From the NCBI RefSeq assembly GCF_036960865.1, contig NZ_JBALWE010000013.1, positions 5,599 through 69,598 of the forward strand: a DNA stretch of 64,000 nt, given 5' to 3'. The notes under the pieces are model-generated. The model was not told the origin of the DNA. It worked only from the letters and a program-made list of their open reading frames with translations, and did no database searches. Below, one piece after another: positions 56,074-64,000 of the stretch (position 1 is the stretch's first letter; each line of letters starts with the position of its first letter). Source of the stretch: Halopseudomonas sp. Lineage in GTDB: Bacteria; Pseudomonadota; Gammaproteobacteria; Pseudomonadales; Pseudomonadaceae. Both the position numbers and the translations under genes were made by a program.

Positions 56074-56656
56074 CAGCCCTTCCAACAGCCGCCCACGCGG
56101 CCAACTCAAGCTATTGGCCATCTGCGCAGTGGTTTTTGGCCCCATTCTGGTGGCCGGTCTTATGGCGCATTTCAATATCGGCATTCCGCAGACGCAGTCG
56201 AACAAATCCGATCTGGTTGGCGCTGAAATCCAGCTCGACGATTGGCAGGTCGTTCTCGATCCAGTGGGCTACGGGGCGCCCTGGCGGCTGCTCGTCACCA
56301 GCCCGGAAGCCTGCGCCGAGGCCTGCCTGCAACTGGTCCACGAGGCACGCCAGATCAACGTCGCCGTTGGCCGCGAAGCCGACCGCGTAGAGCATTTGCT
56401 GGCCTCGGGCGTCGGCCTTTCCAGTAGCCAGCAGGACACCCTGGAAGCACGCTTTCCGCGCCTGCAGCAGGTGACGCTGTCGGCGCCGGCTTACCACAGC
56501 AGCATGCAACAGTTGCCGGCCAGCTGGCAGCAAGGGCCGCAGTTGTGGCTGGTTGATCCGCTGGGCCGCGTCGTGCTACATCAGAGTGCTGCGGCACCGG
56601 GCAAACACCTGCTCGATGACCTGAAGCGCCTGTTGAAACTGTCCAAGGTAGGTTGA
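56057..56656 (+). CDS. Conserved hypothetical membrane-anchored protein of the cox locus
   Basis: The start ATGATG at 56057 overlaps the SURF1 end. It has one TM segment (LLAICAVVFGPILVAGLM) and lies between SURF1 and ctaA. Confidence 0.55.
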   Translation: MMSMTDSPSNSRPRGQLKLLAICAVVFGPILVAGLMAHFNIGIPQTQSNKSDLVGAEIQLDDWQVVLDPVGYGAPWRLLVTSPEACAEACLQLVHEARQINVAVGREADRVEHLLASGVGLSSSQQDTLEARFPRLQQVTLSAPAYHSSMQQLPASWQQGPQLWLVDPLGRVVLHQSAAAPGKHLLDDLKRLLKLSKVG

Positions 56657-56659
56657 GCC

Positions 56660-57697
56660 ATGCACAAATCCGCCTCCAAATGGGCCCTGTTCGGGCTGCT
56701 GCTGTGCTTTGTAGTGGTCATTCTCGGCGCTTACACACGGCTGGTGCATGCTGGCCTGGGATGCCCCGACTGGCCCGGCTGCTACGGCTTTCTCAGCGTG
56801 CCGCAAAGTGACAGCGCGCTGGAGACGGCGCAGTTGCGCTTCCCCGACGATCCGGTAGAAGCCTTCAAGGCCTGGGCCGAAATGATCCACCGTTACGCCG
56901 CGGGCCTGCTCGGACTAGTGATCCTCGGGCTGGCATTGTTCAGCCTGCGCCAACGCCAGCAGCCGGGCTACCCCGTGGCCCTGAGTCTGGGGCTTCTCGG
57001 CCTGGTCATCTGCCAGGCGCTATTCGGCATGTGGACGGTCACCCTGAAGCTCTGGCCGCAGGTGGTCACCGCACACCTGCTGGGCGGCTTTACCACCCTC
57101 AGTCTGCTGCTTCTGCTTACCTTGCGACTATCCGGTCGCCTGCCGGCCATGCCGCCGAGCCCGCACAACACACGCCTGCGCAAACTCGCACGGCTTACCC
57201 TGCTGGTGGTGATCGGTCAGATCATGCTGGGCGGCTGGACCAGTACCAACTACGCCGCCGTCGCCTGCATCGACCTGCCCACCTGCCACGGTGAGTGGTG
57301 GCCGGACATGGACTTTGCCACCGGCTTCAATCTGCTGCATCAACCTGTGGGGCCCAACTATCTGGGCGGCATGCTGGATGGCCCCGGCCGCACGGCTATT
57401 CATTTCACCCACCGCATTGGCGCAGTGATCACCACCCTGGTGGTGTTGCTGCTGGCCTGGCGCCTATGGCGCAGCCGCCATCCGCGTCTGGCCACACTAG
57501 TTACTCTGACGCTGGTGGTGCAGGTCAGCTTGGGAGTCACCAACGTATTGGCCCATATTCCGCTGCCGGTCGCGGTTGCGCACAACGGCGTTGCCGCGCT
57601 GCTGCTGCTGGGCGTGATCAGCGTCAACTACCGTCTGCGCGTTCCGGCCCGAGAACGCCTGCGCATGCATAGCCGCTCGCTGGCGGGTTCGGCCTGA
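56660..57697 (+). CDS. ctaA: Haem A synthase (COX15/CtaA)
   Basis: The protein is polytopic. The Cys pair GLGCPDWPGC, the conserved His residues (MIHRYAAG, IHFTHRIGA) and CIDLPTCHG are present. Confidence 0.85.
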   Translation: MHKSASKWALFGLLLCFVVVILGAYTRLVHAGLGCPDWPGCYGFLSVPQSDSALETAQLRFPDDPVEAFKAWAEMIHRYAAGLLGLVILGLALFSLRQRQQPGYPVALSLGLLGLVICQALFGMWTVTLKLWPQVVTAHLLGGFTTLSLLLLLTLRLSGRLPAMPPSPHNTRLRKLARLTLLVVIGQIMLGGWTSTNYAAVACIDLPTCHGEWWPDMDFATGFNLLHQPVGPNYLGGMLDGPGRTAIHFTHRIGAVITTLVVLLLAWRLWRSRHPRLATLVTLTLVVQVSLGVTNVLAHIPLPVAVAHNGVAALLLLGVISVNYRLRVPARERLRMHSRSLAGSA

Positions 57698-57758
57698 CTG
57701 GCCCATACTCAAGACACAACGATAACGGCGGCCCAGATCCGCTGAAGGGGAAACGACC

Positions 57759-58664
57759 ATGACCACCGTGACGCACACGCTGACGGCCCGCGCCGGCTGG
57801 CGCGACTACCTGGAGCTGACCAAGCCCAAGGTCGTCGCGCTGATGATTATTACTTCGGCGATTGGCATGTTGCTGGCCAGCGAAGGCGCTGTACCCTGGA
57901 GCATTCTGCTGCTCGGCAACCTGGGCATTGCGCTCTGTGCCGGGTCGGCAGCCGTGGTCAATCATGTGGTCGATCGCCGCATCGATATTCACATGGCGCG
58001 AACTCAACGCCGCCCGCTGGCACAGGGCCGGGTAAATCCGCTGAACGCACTGCTGTTTGCCTTGGCACTGGGCAGCGTCGGTATGGCCATCCTGTTGCAG
58101 TGGGTCAACGGCATTACTGCCTGGCTCACGCTCGGCTCACTGTTGGGCTACGCCGTGGTTTACACCTCGTTTCTCAAACGGGCCACACCGCAAAACATCG
58201 TCATTGGCGGCCTGGCCGGTGCCGCGCCGCCGCTGCTGGGCTGGACCGCTGTCACCGGTCAGATTGAGGCGGAAGGCCTGTTGCTGGTGCTGATCATTTT
58301 TGCCTGGACACCACCGCACTTCTGGGCGCTGGCGATCCACCGCAAAGCCGAGTACGCCAAGGTGGATATCCCCATGCTGCCGGTGACCCACGGCGAGCGC
58401 TACACCAAGCTGCATATTCTGCTGTATACCTTTATCCTGTTGGCCGTCAGCTTGCTGCCCTTCGTGATTCACATGAGCGGCGTGCTGTATCTGATTGTTG
58501 CCACGGCGCTGGGCCTGCGTTTTATCGACTGGGCCTGGGCATTGTGGCGCGATAGCCGCCCACATGCGGCCATCAAGACCTTCAAATTTTCCTTGTGGTA
58601 CCTGCTGTGGCTGTTTGTTGCCCTGCTGGTGGACCACTACGCGGGAGTAGCCGGATGGCTTTGA
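57759..58664 (+). CDS. cyoE: Protohaem IX farnesyltransferase (haem O synthase)
   Basis: UbiA-family motifs [18 protein letters not shown] and PPHFWAL. Confidence 0.9.
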   Translation: MTTVTHTLTARAGWRDYLELTKPKVVALMIITSAIGMLLASEGAVPWSILLLGNLGIALCAGSAAVVNHVVDRRIDIHMARTQRRPLAQGRVNPLNALLFALALGSVGMAILLQWVNGITAWLTLGSLLGYAVVYTSFLKRATPQNIVIGGLAGAAPPLLGWTAVTGQIEAEGLLLVLIIFAWTPPHFWALAIHRKAEYAKVDIPMLPVTHGERYTKLHILLYTFILLAVSLLPFVIHMSGVLYLIVATALGLRFIDWAWALWRDSRPHAAIKTFKFSLWYLLWLFVALLVDHYAGVAGWL

Positions 58665-59287
58665 GTGGGGTGCAGAAGACCGTACTGATTTGTGCGGCCA
58701 GTGTGGCGCTGGTGTTAGGCGCAATTATTCATAAAGTCACCCGCCCGGTACCGCTTGATCGTAACGCCCTGCAGAGCGCCGGTATTTTTCTGTTCGATAC
58801 TCCACGGCCGATACCGCGGGTAAACCTGCAGTCTGCCTCCGGCGAAGCCTGGACCAGCGATAACCTCAAGGGACAGTGGGACCTGCTGTTTTTTGGCTAT
58901 ACCTTCTGCCCCGACATCTGTCCGACCACACTGGCCGACCTGCGCCAACTGGGTGAAAAGCTGCCCGCAGAAGCCCGCGATCAACTGCAGGTTACCCTCG
59001 TCAGCGTAGACCCCAACCGCGATACGCCGGAGCAACTGGCCACCTACCTGGACTATTTCAACGCCGACTTTGCCGGCGCAACCGGCGACCCCGCCGAGCT
59101 GGCAAAATTGGCCAAGGCGCTTTCCATTGCCTATATCGAGCCCGATACCAGCAATGAGAACTACCTGGTTGATCACAGCGGCCAGGTAGTATTGGTCGAT
59201 CCCGCCGGCGAATACGTGGGTTTTATTCGCCCCCCGCTGAAGAATGATCAGTTGGCCAGTTGGCTGCCGCGCATCATGGCGCCGTAA
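58655..59287 (+). CDS. SCO/SenC-family copper chaperone
   Basis: CPDICP (CxxxC) and a downstream His (VDHS). The ATG at 58655 overlaps the cyoE end. Confidence 0.85.
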   Translation: MALSGVQKTVLICAASVALVLGAIIHKVTRPVPLDRNALQSAGIFLFDTPRPIPRVNLQSASGEAWTSDNLKGQWDLLFFGYTFCPDICPTTLADLRQLGEKLPAEARDQLQVTLVSVDPNRDTPEQLATYLDYFNADFAGATGDPAELAKLAKALSIAYIEPDTSNENYLVDHSGQVVLVDPAGEYVGFIRPPLKNDQLASWLPRIMAP

Positions 59288-59316
59288 GCAATATCAAACC
59301 GGTTGACGATACTCGA

Positions 59317-60156
59317 TTACCGTTTTGGCGAACGGATAACCTTGCCGGCCTTTGCGCTCACCGCTTCAGCCTGACCGTCACGCTGGGCTCCTGCCCGCGT
59401 GCGGCTGACCAGCCAAGGAATCATGCGCCCTTCCGGCAGCCCCGCCCAGAAGCGCAGCGGCATATGGCCCTGCATCACCTTCGGGTTGAGCCGCGCCGGG
59501 TTGTAGATGCTGCTGTAATAGCTTTGCCATAACGGGTCATTGGCGTCCTTCACCGAGGCGGCGAGGGCCGCCCAGTCGGCAGGGCACGGCTGCCGATAAT
59601 GCAGCGCCTGACCGTCATACCAGACCGCATCGCGTGACGACACAATCAACCAGCGCTGCCGCCCCAGCCGCTCGGCAAAGTGCAGACTGGCAGTGGCCAG
59701 CACATCGTGGGCTGGCTCGTGCGTGGCAACATAATCCAGCCCGCTGCGTCCCATGAAGGGATGAAAGCGCACGAAAGCATGTAAGTGATGAGCCTCACGA
59801 TTGACCGCCTTGATGCGCTTTTGCAGCTCGCTGCCGTCGGGGTCGCCGGCCAGCATTGCCGCGCGTTCGCCATGGGTTACGCGCCAAAGCACGCAGTAGA
59901 GCAGGCTCCACCGACCGACCACGCGATATTGCGCCGCCAGCGCCAGCGCGTCCAGCAGCGCCGGCGGCACACGCGGCGAAGGGCGCACAACAGGCTCAGC
60001 CAAGGACGCGTCGTTGCCAAACAGTTGGCCGTGCCCCGGTTCCTCCCACACCACCGCGTGCGGCGGGATTGCCTGCATCAACAACTGCCGGGCCTGCTCG
60101 CGCCAACGTGGAAACTCATTATCACAATGCAGAATGTACATGCCTTGCGCGCTCAT
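59317..60156 (-). CDS. TIGR03915/DUF4130-type putative DNA-repair protein (partner of the radical SAM protein)
   Basis: 279 aa, immediately downstream of the radical SAM gene with a 4-nt gap. The call rests mainly on this obligate pairing as I recall it from the TIGRFAM description. No UDG-like extension is present. Confidence 0.55.
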   Translation of the reverse strand: MSAQGMYILHCDNEFPRWREQARQLLMQAIPPHAVVWEEPGHGQLFGNDASLAEPVVRPSPRVPPALLDALALAAQYRVVGRWSLLYCVLWRVTHGERAAMLAGDPDGSELQKRIKAVNREAHHLHAFVRFHPFMGRSGLDYVATHEPAHDVLATASLHFAERLGRQRWLIVSSRDAVWYDGQALHYRQPCPADWAALAASVKDANDPLWQSYYSSIYNPARLNPKVMQGHMPLRFWAGLPEGRMIPWLVSRTRAGAQRDGQAEAVSAKAGKVIRSPKR

Positions 60157-60160
60157 GCAC

Positions 60161-61393
60161 TTAGCCCCACAACGCCATCTGCGCAGGCTGATCACTCAGC
60201 TGCTGGCGCAGTGCACCGGACTCCTGAGCATCCTGGCGCGGGCGATAGTCGCTGGTAACAATAAAGGGTTTGGCCTTCTCGATCACACAGCGCAGCCGTA
60301 CCACATCGTCGTAGCGGATCCGCTTCAGCCGTCGCAGGCTGACGATACGCTCGGCCGAGCGAACGCCGATCCCCGGTATGCGTGCAATCAATTGCGGTTC
60401 AGCCAGATTGAGATCCACCGGAAATATCTCACGGTTGGACAGCGCCCACGCCAACTTGGGATCGATATCCAACGGCAAATTGCCCTGCGCGCCGATCAGC
60501 TCCCTTACCTTGAAGCCATAGCCGCGCAATAGAAAGTCCGCCTGATACAGCCGGTGTTCGCGCAGCAACGGCGGCGCTTGCATCGGTACTGATGTCGGGC
60601 TGTTGGGGATGGGGCTAAAGGCCGAATAGTAAACTCGGCGCAGCCGGTACTTCCCATACAGCGCCTCGGCGGTATGCAGAATGCGGCTGTCATCACTAGC
60701 ATCAGCGCCCACAATCATCTGGGTACTCTGTCCGCCTGGCGCAAATTTTGGCGCACGCCGATCGGCACGTGATTCCTGCGAGGCCGTTTCAATGGTGCCC
60801 ATGGCGCCGGTAATGCTGCCCACCTCTTTCTCCGGCGCCAGGCGGATCAGGCTCTCAGGGCTTGGCAATTCGATGTTTACGCTCAAGCGATCCGCAAAGC
60901 GGCCTGCCTCGGCAATCAGCGCCGGGTCGGCTTCGGGAATGGTTTTCAGGTGAATGTAGCCGCGAAACTGATGCTCCTCACGCAGCACTTTGGCCACCCG
61001 GATCAGCTGCTCCATGGTGTAATCCGGCGATTGAATAATGCCGGAGCTGAGAAACAGGCCGCTAACGTAGTTGCGTTGATAAAAATCCAGCGTCAGCTTG
61101 ATTACCTCCTCGGGCGTGAAACGCGCCCGTGGCACATCGCTGGAGCGCCGGTTGACGCAATACTGGCAATCGTAGAGGCAAAAGTTGGTCAGCAGGATTT
61201 TCAGCAGCGATACACAGCGGCCATCCGGCGTGTAGCTATGGCAAATACCCATACCATTGGTCGCACCTATGCCGTCCTTGCCGCGGGAGCTGCGCTTGGG
61301 CGCGCCACTGCTGGCGCAGGACGCGTCGTACTTCGCCGCATCCGCCAGGATGGTGAGTTTTTCGATCAGCTCCATAGCGCTTTGCCGCCCCAT
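60161..61393 (-). CDS. Putative DNA modification/repair radical SAM protein (TIGR03916-type)
   Basis: The CLYDCQYC (CX3CX2C) cluster is preceded by DASCASSG and followed by a C-terminal helix-hairpin-helix-like region (IPGIGVRSAERIV). About 400 aa. Confidence 0.7.
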   Translation of the reverse strand: MGRQSAMELIEKLTILADAAKYDASCASSGAPKRSSRGKDGIGATNGMGICHSYTPDGRCVSLLKILLTNFCLYDCQYCVNRRSSDVPRARFTPEEVIKLTLDFYQRNYVSGLFLSSGIIQSPDYTMEQLIRVAKVLREEHQFRGYIHLKTIPEADPALIAEAGRFADRLSVNIELPSPESLIRLAPEKEVGSITGAMGTIETASQESRADRRAPKFAPGGQSTQMIVGADASDDSRILHTAEALYGKYRLRRVYYSAFSPIPNSPTSVPMQAPPLLREHRLYQADFLLRGYGFKVRELIGAQGNLPLDIDPKLAWALSNREIFPVDLNLAEPQLIARIPGIGVRSAERIVSLRRLKRIRYDDVVRLRCVIEKAKPFIVTSDYRPRQDAQESGALRQQLSDQPAQMALWG

Positions 61394-61394
61394 A

Positions 61395-61414
61395 TACTGT
61401 ATATAAATACAGCA
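61395..61414. promoter_or_regulatory. LexA (SOS) box
   Basis: TACTGTATATAAATACAGCA is a perfect CTGT-N8-ACAG palindrome with an AT-rich core, 2 nt upstream of the annotated ATG of the radical SAM gene. Confidence 0.75.
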
Positions 61415-61479
61415 TAGAGAAGAGCGGAAACCTTCTCAAGCGCTAAGCGGTGCGCCGCGACCTGTGTCGACAGCAGGCA

Positions 61480-62127
61480 CTAGCCCGGTACAGCAAACAA
61501 ATGGCCTTCCACCACCATCACCGCCTGGGCGTCAGGCTCGGCCGGCACGTTCCAGCCACCGGTGAAAGCGCCGAAAGAAGGCAATACGCTGAGCTGCCTG
61601 CGCAGCCAGAATATCGGTGCGCGCAGCCGGTCTCCAGCCACCGTCAGTTGCATTGCAGGATGTATATGGCCTGCCAAAACATGCTTCCCCGCTACCGGCA
61701 TGGGCTCGTGACACAAGCGGAACGGCCCCAGATCCAGGTGCGGATACCATTGAATGCCGATATCGAGTCCCGCGGCGTGTCGATCATGATTGCCGATCAC
61801 CGCCTCTACCGATAACTGTGCGTGCTTTGCCAGCCAGGCCGGGAACTGCTGCAAGAAAGGTTCGCCGGCCATCGGGCGGTGATGCAGCACATCACCCAAC
61901 ACCACCAGCCGCTGCGCGCCAAACTCCTCAACCAGCCGGCTCAGGCGTTGCAGATCATCCCGGCTCTGCCCACTCGGCACCGCCAGCCCGCGCCGGCGCA
62001 TCAGCGCGGCCTTGCCAAAATGGGTGTCAGCCACCAGCAAGGTAGATTCGGCGGGATAGAACAGCGCCTTGTCGCCATGCAACACAACTTCAGCGCCCGC
62101 CAGTGTCCAGTCCAACCTGCGACTCAT
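61480..62127 (-). CDS. pdeM: Ligase-associated DNA damage response metallophosphoesterase PdeM
   Basis: Calcineurin-like motifs (ADTHFGK, VLGDVLH, GNHD, GHIH). ATGA-type overlap with the upstream helicase gene. Confidence 0.75.
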   Translation of the reverse strand: MSRRLDWTLAGAEVVLHGDKALFYPAESTLLVADTHFGKAALMRRRGLAVPSGQSRDDLQRLSRLVEEFGAQRLVVLGDVLHHRPMAGEPFLQQFPAWLAKHAQLSVEAVIGNHDRHAAGLDIGIQWYPHLDLGPFRLCHEPMPVAGKHVLAGHIHPAMQLTVAGDRLRAPIFWLRRQLSVLPSFGAFTGGWNVPAEPDAQAVMVVEGHLFAVPG

Positions 62128-64000
62128 CGGCGTTTGCTCGCTTTGCGCTGGGCGTGCTGGTCCAGGCTGGCGATCATGCGTTGCACGCGGTCTTGCCAGC
62201 TCTCGGTCGTGACGCGATTGCGCTGCCGCTCCACCCAGAGCGGAAAGGCCAGCGGTGAAAAACGCTCAAGCGGCATCTGCAACAAGGTTTGCCCGGCTGC
62301 GCGCTGCAGTACCGTCTGCAAGCGTTGAATCTCTAGCTGATCTTCCAGCACCTCGCGGCTGGCCTGCGCCAGCAGCCGATGCTCAGGGTCATACCGCTGC
62401 AGGGTGTCGTAAAGCAGGCCGGTGGACGCCTGCAATTGACGGTCGGTTTTGCCGCGCCCAGGAAAGCCCTGAAATACCAGCCCACTGATACGCGCTATAT
62501 CGCGAAACTGCCGCCGCGCCAGCTCGCCAGCGTTCAGCGCTGCGAGCACATCGTCCAGCAGGTTGTCCGGGCTCAGCAACGTCCGCCAGTCGGCCTCGCT
62601 GAGCTCTGGCAGCCGCTTAGAGGTCAACAGCTCCAGCCCGTAATCGTTTACCGCCAGCGAGAACGTAGCCGGCACCCGCTGACCCAGGCGCCATGCCAGC
62701 AGAGCCGCCAGCCCCTCATGCGCCAGCCGCCCCGCAAAGGGGTAGAGAAACAGGTGCTCACCCTCCCGCGAGCGACAGCGCTCGATCAGCAGCCGCGTGC
62801 GGCTCGGCAGGGCCGATTGCAGCTTCTGCAGCTCCAGCACCGGCGCAATCGCCTGCACTTCCGCGTCGCCATACTTCCCGGCCTGCACCTCTTCGAGAAT
62901 ATCCAGCACGCTGTCGGCCAACTCGCTCGACAGCGGTAAACGCCCGCCATACCAGCGCGGCACACTATGGCGCCTGGTTTTGGCTAACCGCACGTAGGCC
63001 ACCAGATCACGCACCTTGACCAGTTCCAGCGCGCGCCCGGAAAACAGAAATACATCGCCCGGCTTGAGACGGGCAATAAAGGTTTCTTCGATGCTGCCAA
63101 GGCTGCCGCCCTTCATGAAGCGCACCTGAATTTGTGCGTCGCTGGTAATGGTGCCAATAGACAACCGATGACGCCGCGCGATCCCGGTATCCTCCACGCT
63201 GTAACGGCCAGCCTGCGCCACTACGCGCTGAAACCGCGGGTAATGTTCCAGCACCGGGCCGCCCTGGGTAATAAACGTCAGGCACCAGTCGAACTGTTCT
63301 GGCGTCAACGCGGCAAAGGCGTGCGTAGTGCGCACCTCATCAAAGGTCAGATCAGCGGTAAAGCCGGGGCCTGCCGCCAGCGTGACCAGGTGCTGAACCA
63401 GCACATCCAGGCTCAGGCGCGGTGGTCGCCTGGCCTCAACCCGGCCAGCCGCCCAGGCGCGCCGCGCCGCAGCAATCTCGACCAGTTCAAACGCATGACT
63501 GGGCACACAGAGAATTTCACTCGCCGCACCCGGCTGATGGCCGGAGCGGCCGGCACGCTGCATCAGACGCGCAACGCCCTTGGGGCTGCCCACCTGAACA
63601 ACGCGGTCTACCGGCGAAAAATCCACCCCCAGATCCAGACTGGAGGTACAGACCACGCAGCGGAAATCGCCCTTGCGCAGCCCCTCCTCGATGCGCTTGC
63701 GCACACCGCGATCAATCGAGCCATGGTGCAGCCCCAGCTCGGTCATCCAATCGAGTCGGGCCTTGAGTATGGCCTCAAACCATAACTCGGCCTGGGAGCG
63801 GGTGTTGGTGAACAAGAGCGCGCTTTCGCCCTGCTCAAGGTAATTGAGCACACCGTCCAGTTGCGATAACCCCAGGTGTCCGGCCCAAGGAAAGCGCTCT
63901 ATGTTCTGTGGACAAAGCCCGCGAATCGTCAGTGGCTTTTCATCTGCTTCATCCGCGGCGGCAGTGATGCGTTCGCCGGGCGCTGCGCCTTCACCCAGTA
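62124..64000 (-). CDS. Ligase-associated DEXH-box (Lhr-like) helicase, C-terminal about 625 aa; the N-terminus lies beyond the window
   Basis: The helicase C-terminal motifs are HHGS, VCTSSLDLGVD and QRAGRSGH, followed by the Lhr-type C-terminal extension. My translation upstream of the track start (63851, a GTG) stays open to position 64000. Confidence 0.8.
   Translation of the reverse strand, partial: LGEGAAPGERITAAADEADEKPLTIRGLCPQNIERFPWAGHLGLSQLDGVLNYLEQGESALLFTNTRSQAELWFEAILKARLDWMTELGLHHGSIDRGVRKRIEEGLRKGDFRCVVCTSSLDLGVDFSPVDRVVQVGSPKGVARLMQRAGRSGHQPGAASEILCVPSHAFELVEIAAARRAWAAGRVEARRPPRLSLDVLVQHLVTLAAGPGFTADLTFDEVRTTHAFAALTPEQFDWCLTFITQGGPVLEHYPRFQRVVAQAGRYSVEDTGIARRHRLSIGTITSDAQIQVRFMKGGSLGSIEETFIARLKPGDVFLFSGRALELVKVRDLVAYVRLAKTRRHSVPRWYGGRLPLSSELADSVLDILEEVQAGKYGDAEVQAIAPVLELQKLQSALPSRTRLLIERCRSREGEHLFLYPFAGRLAHEGLAALLAWRLGQRVPATFSLAVNDYGLELLTSKRLPELSEADWRTLLSPDNLLDDVLAALNAGELARRQFRDIARISGLVFQGFPGRGKTDRQLQASTGLLYDTLQRYDPEHRLLAQASREVLEDQLEIQRLQTVLQRAAGQTLLQMPLERFSPLAFPLWVERQRNRVTTESWQDRVQRMIASLDQHAQRKASKRR

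Overview
The window looks like a high-GC gammaproteobacterial chromosome, probably Pseudomonas-like. That call is an inference from synteny: the ColRS locus with its methyltransferase/InaA/DgkA operon, and a coxBA-ctaG-coxC-DUF2909-SURF1-unknown-ctaA-ctaB-SCO block arranged as I recall for P. aeruginosa PA0105-PA0114. No searches were possible; all calls rest on reading the ORF translations for motifs plus my own inspection of intergenic DNA. Left to right: (1) 1-2178 is the AT-richer tip of an integrated island ending at a 3' half-copy of tRNA-Arg(CCG). (2) 2.4-11.8 kb holds an SDR, an EAL protein, a ColR-box-fronted envelope-lipid operon (LTA-synthase-like transferase, PAP2, Cys-phosphatase) and colRS with its downstream operon. 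(3) 11.8-21.6 kb holds an NCS2 permease, a DUF2946/TonB-receptor/PepSY block, and a CadR-type regulator without an adjacent efflux ATPase. (4) 21.7-37.7 kb is an 18-gene, translationally coupled aryl-polyene-type (ape-like) type II PKS cluster that also carries an aromatic amino acid ammonia-lyase and a WxWxIP flavin-halogenase-like gene. (5) A REC-TPR response regulator with a sensor-less histidine kinase sits divergent to that cluster. (6) A 1132-aa ammonium-transporter-PAS-PAS-GGDEF-EAL fusion follows. (7) Housekeeping genes follow: prlC, yheV and the aa3 oxidase cluster. (8) The right end has a LexA-box-fronted radical-SAM/TIGR03915-type gene pair of unknown function next to ligase-associated DNA-damage genes (PdeM, Lhr-like helicase, which runs off the window). 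The best candidates for new biology are the TAL+halogenase ape-like cluster, the SOS-controlled radical-SAM pair and the Amt-c-di-GMP fusion. None can be shown to be novel from sequence alone. Many long ORFs in the track are antisense artefacts of high GC and were rejected.
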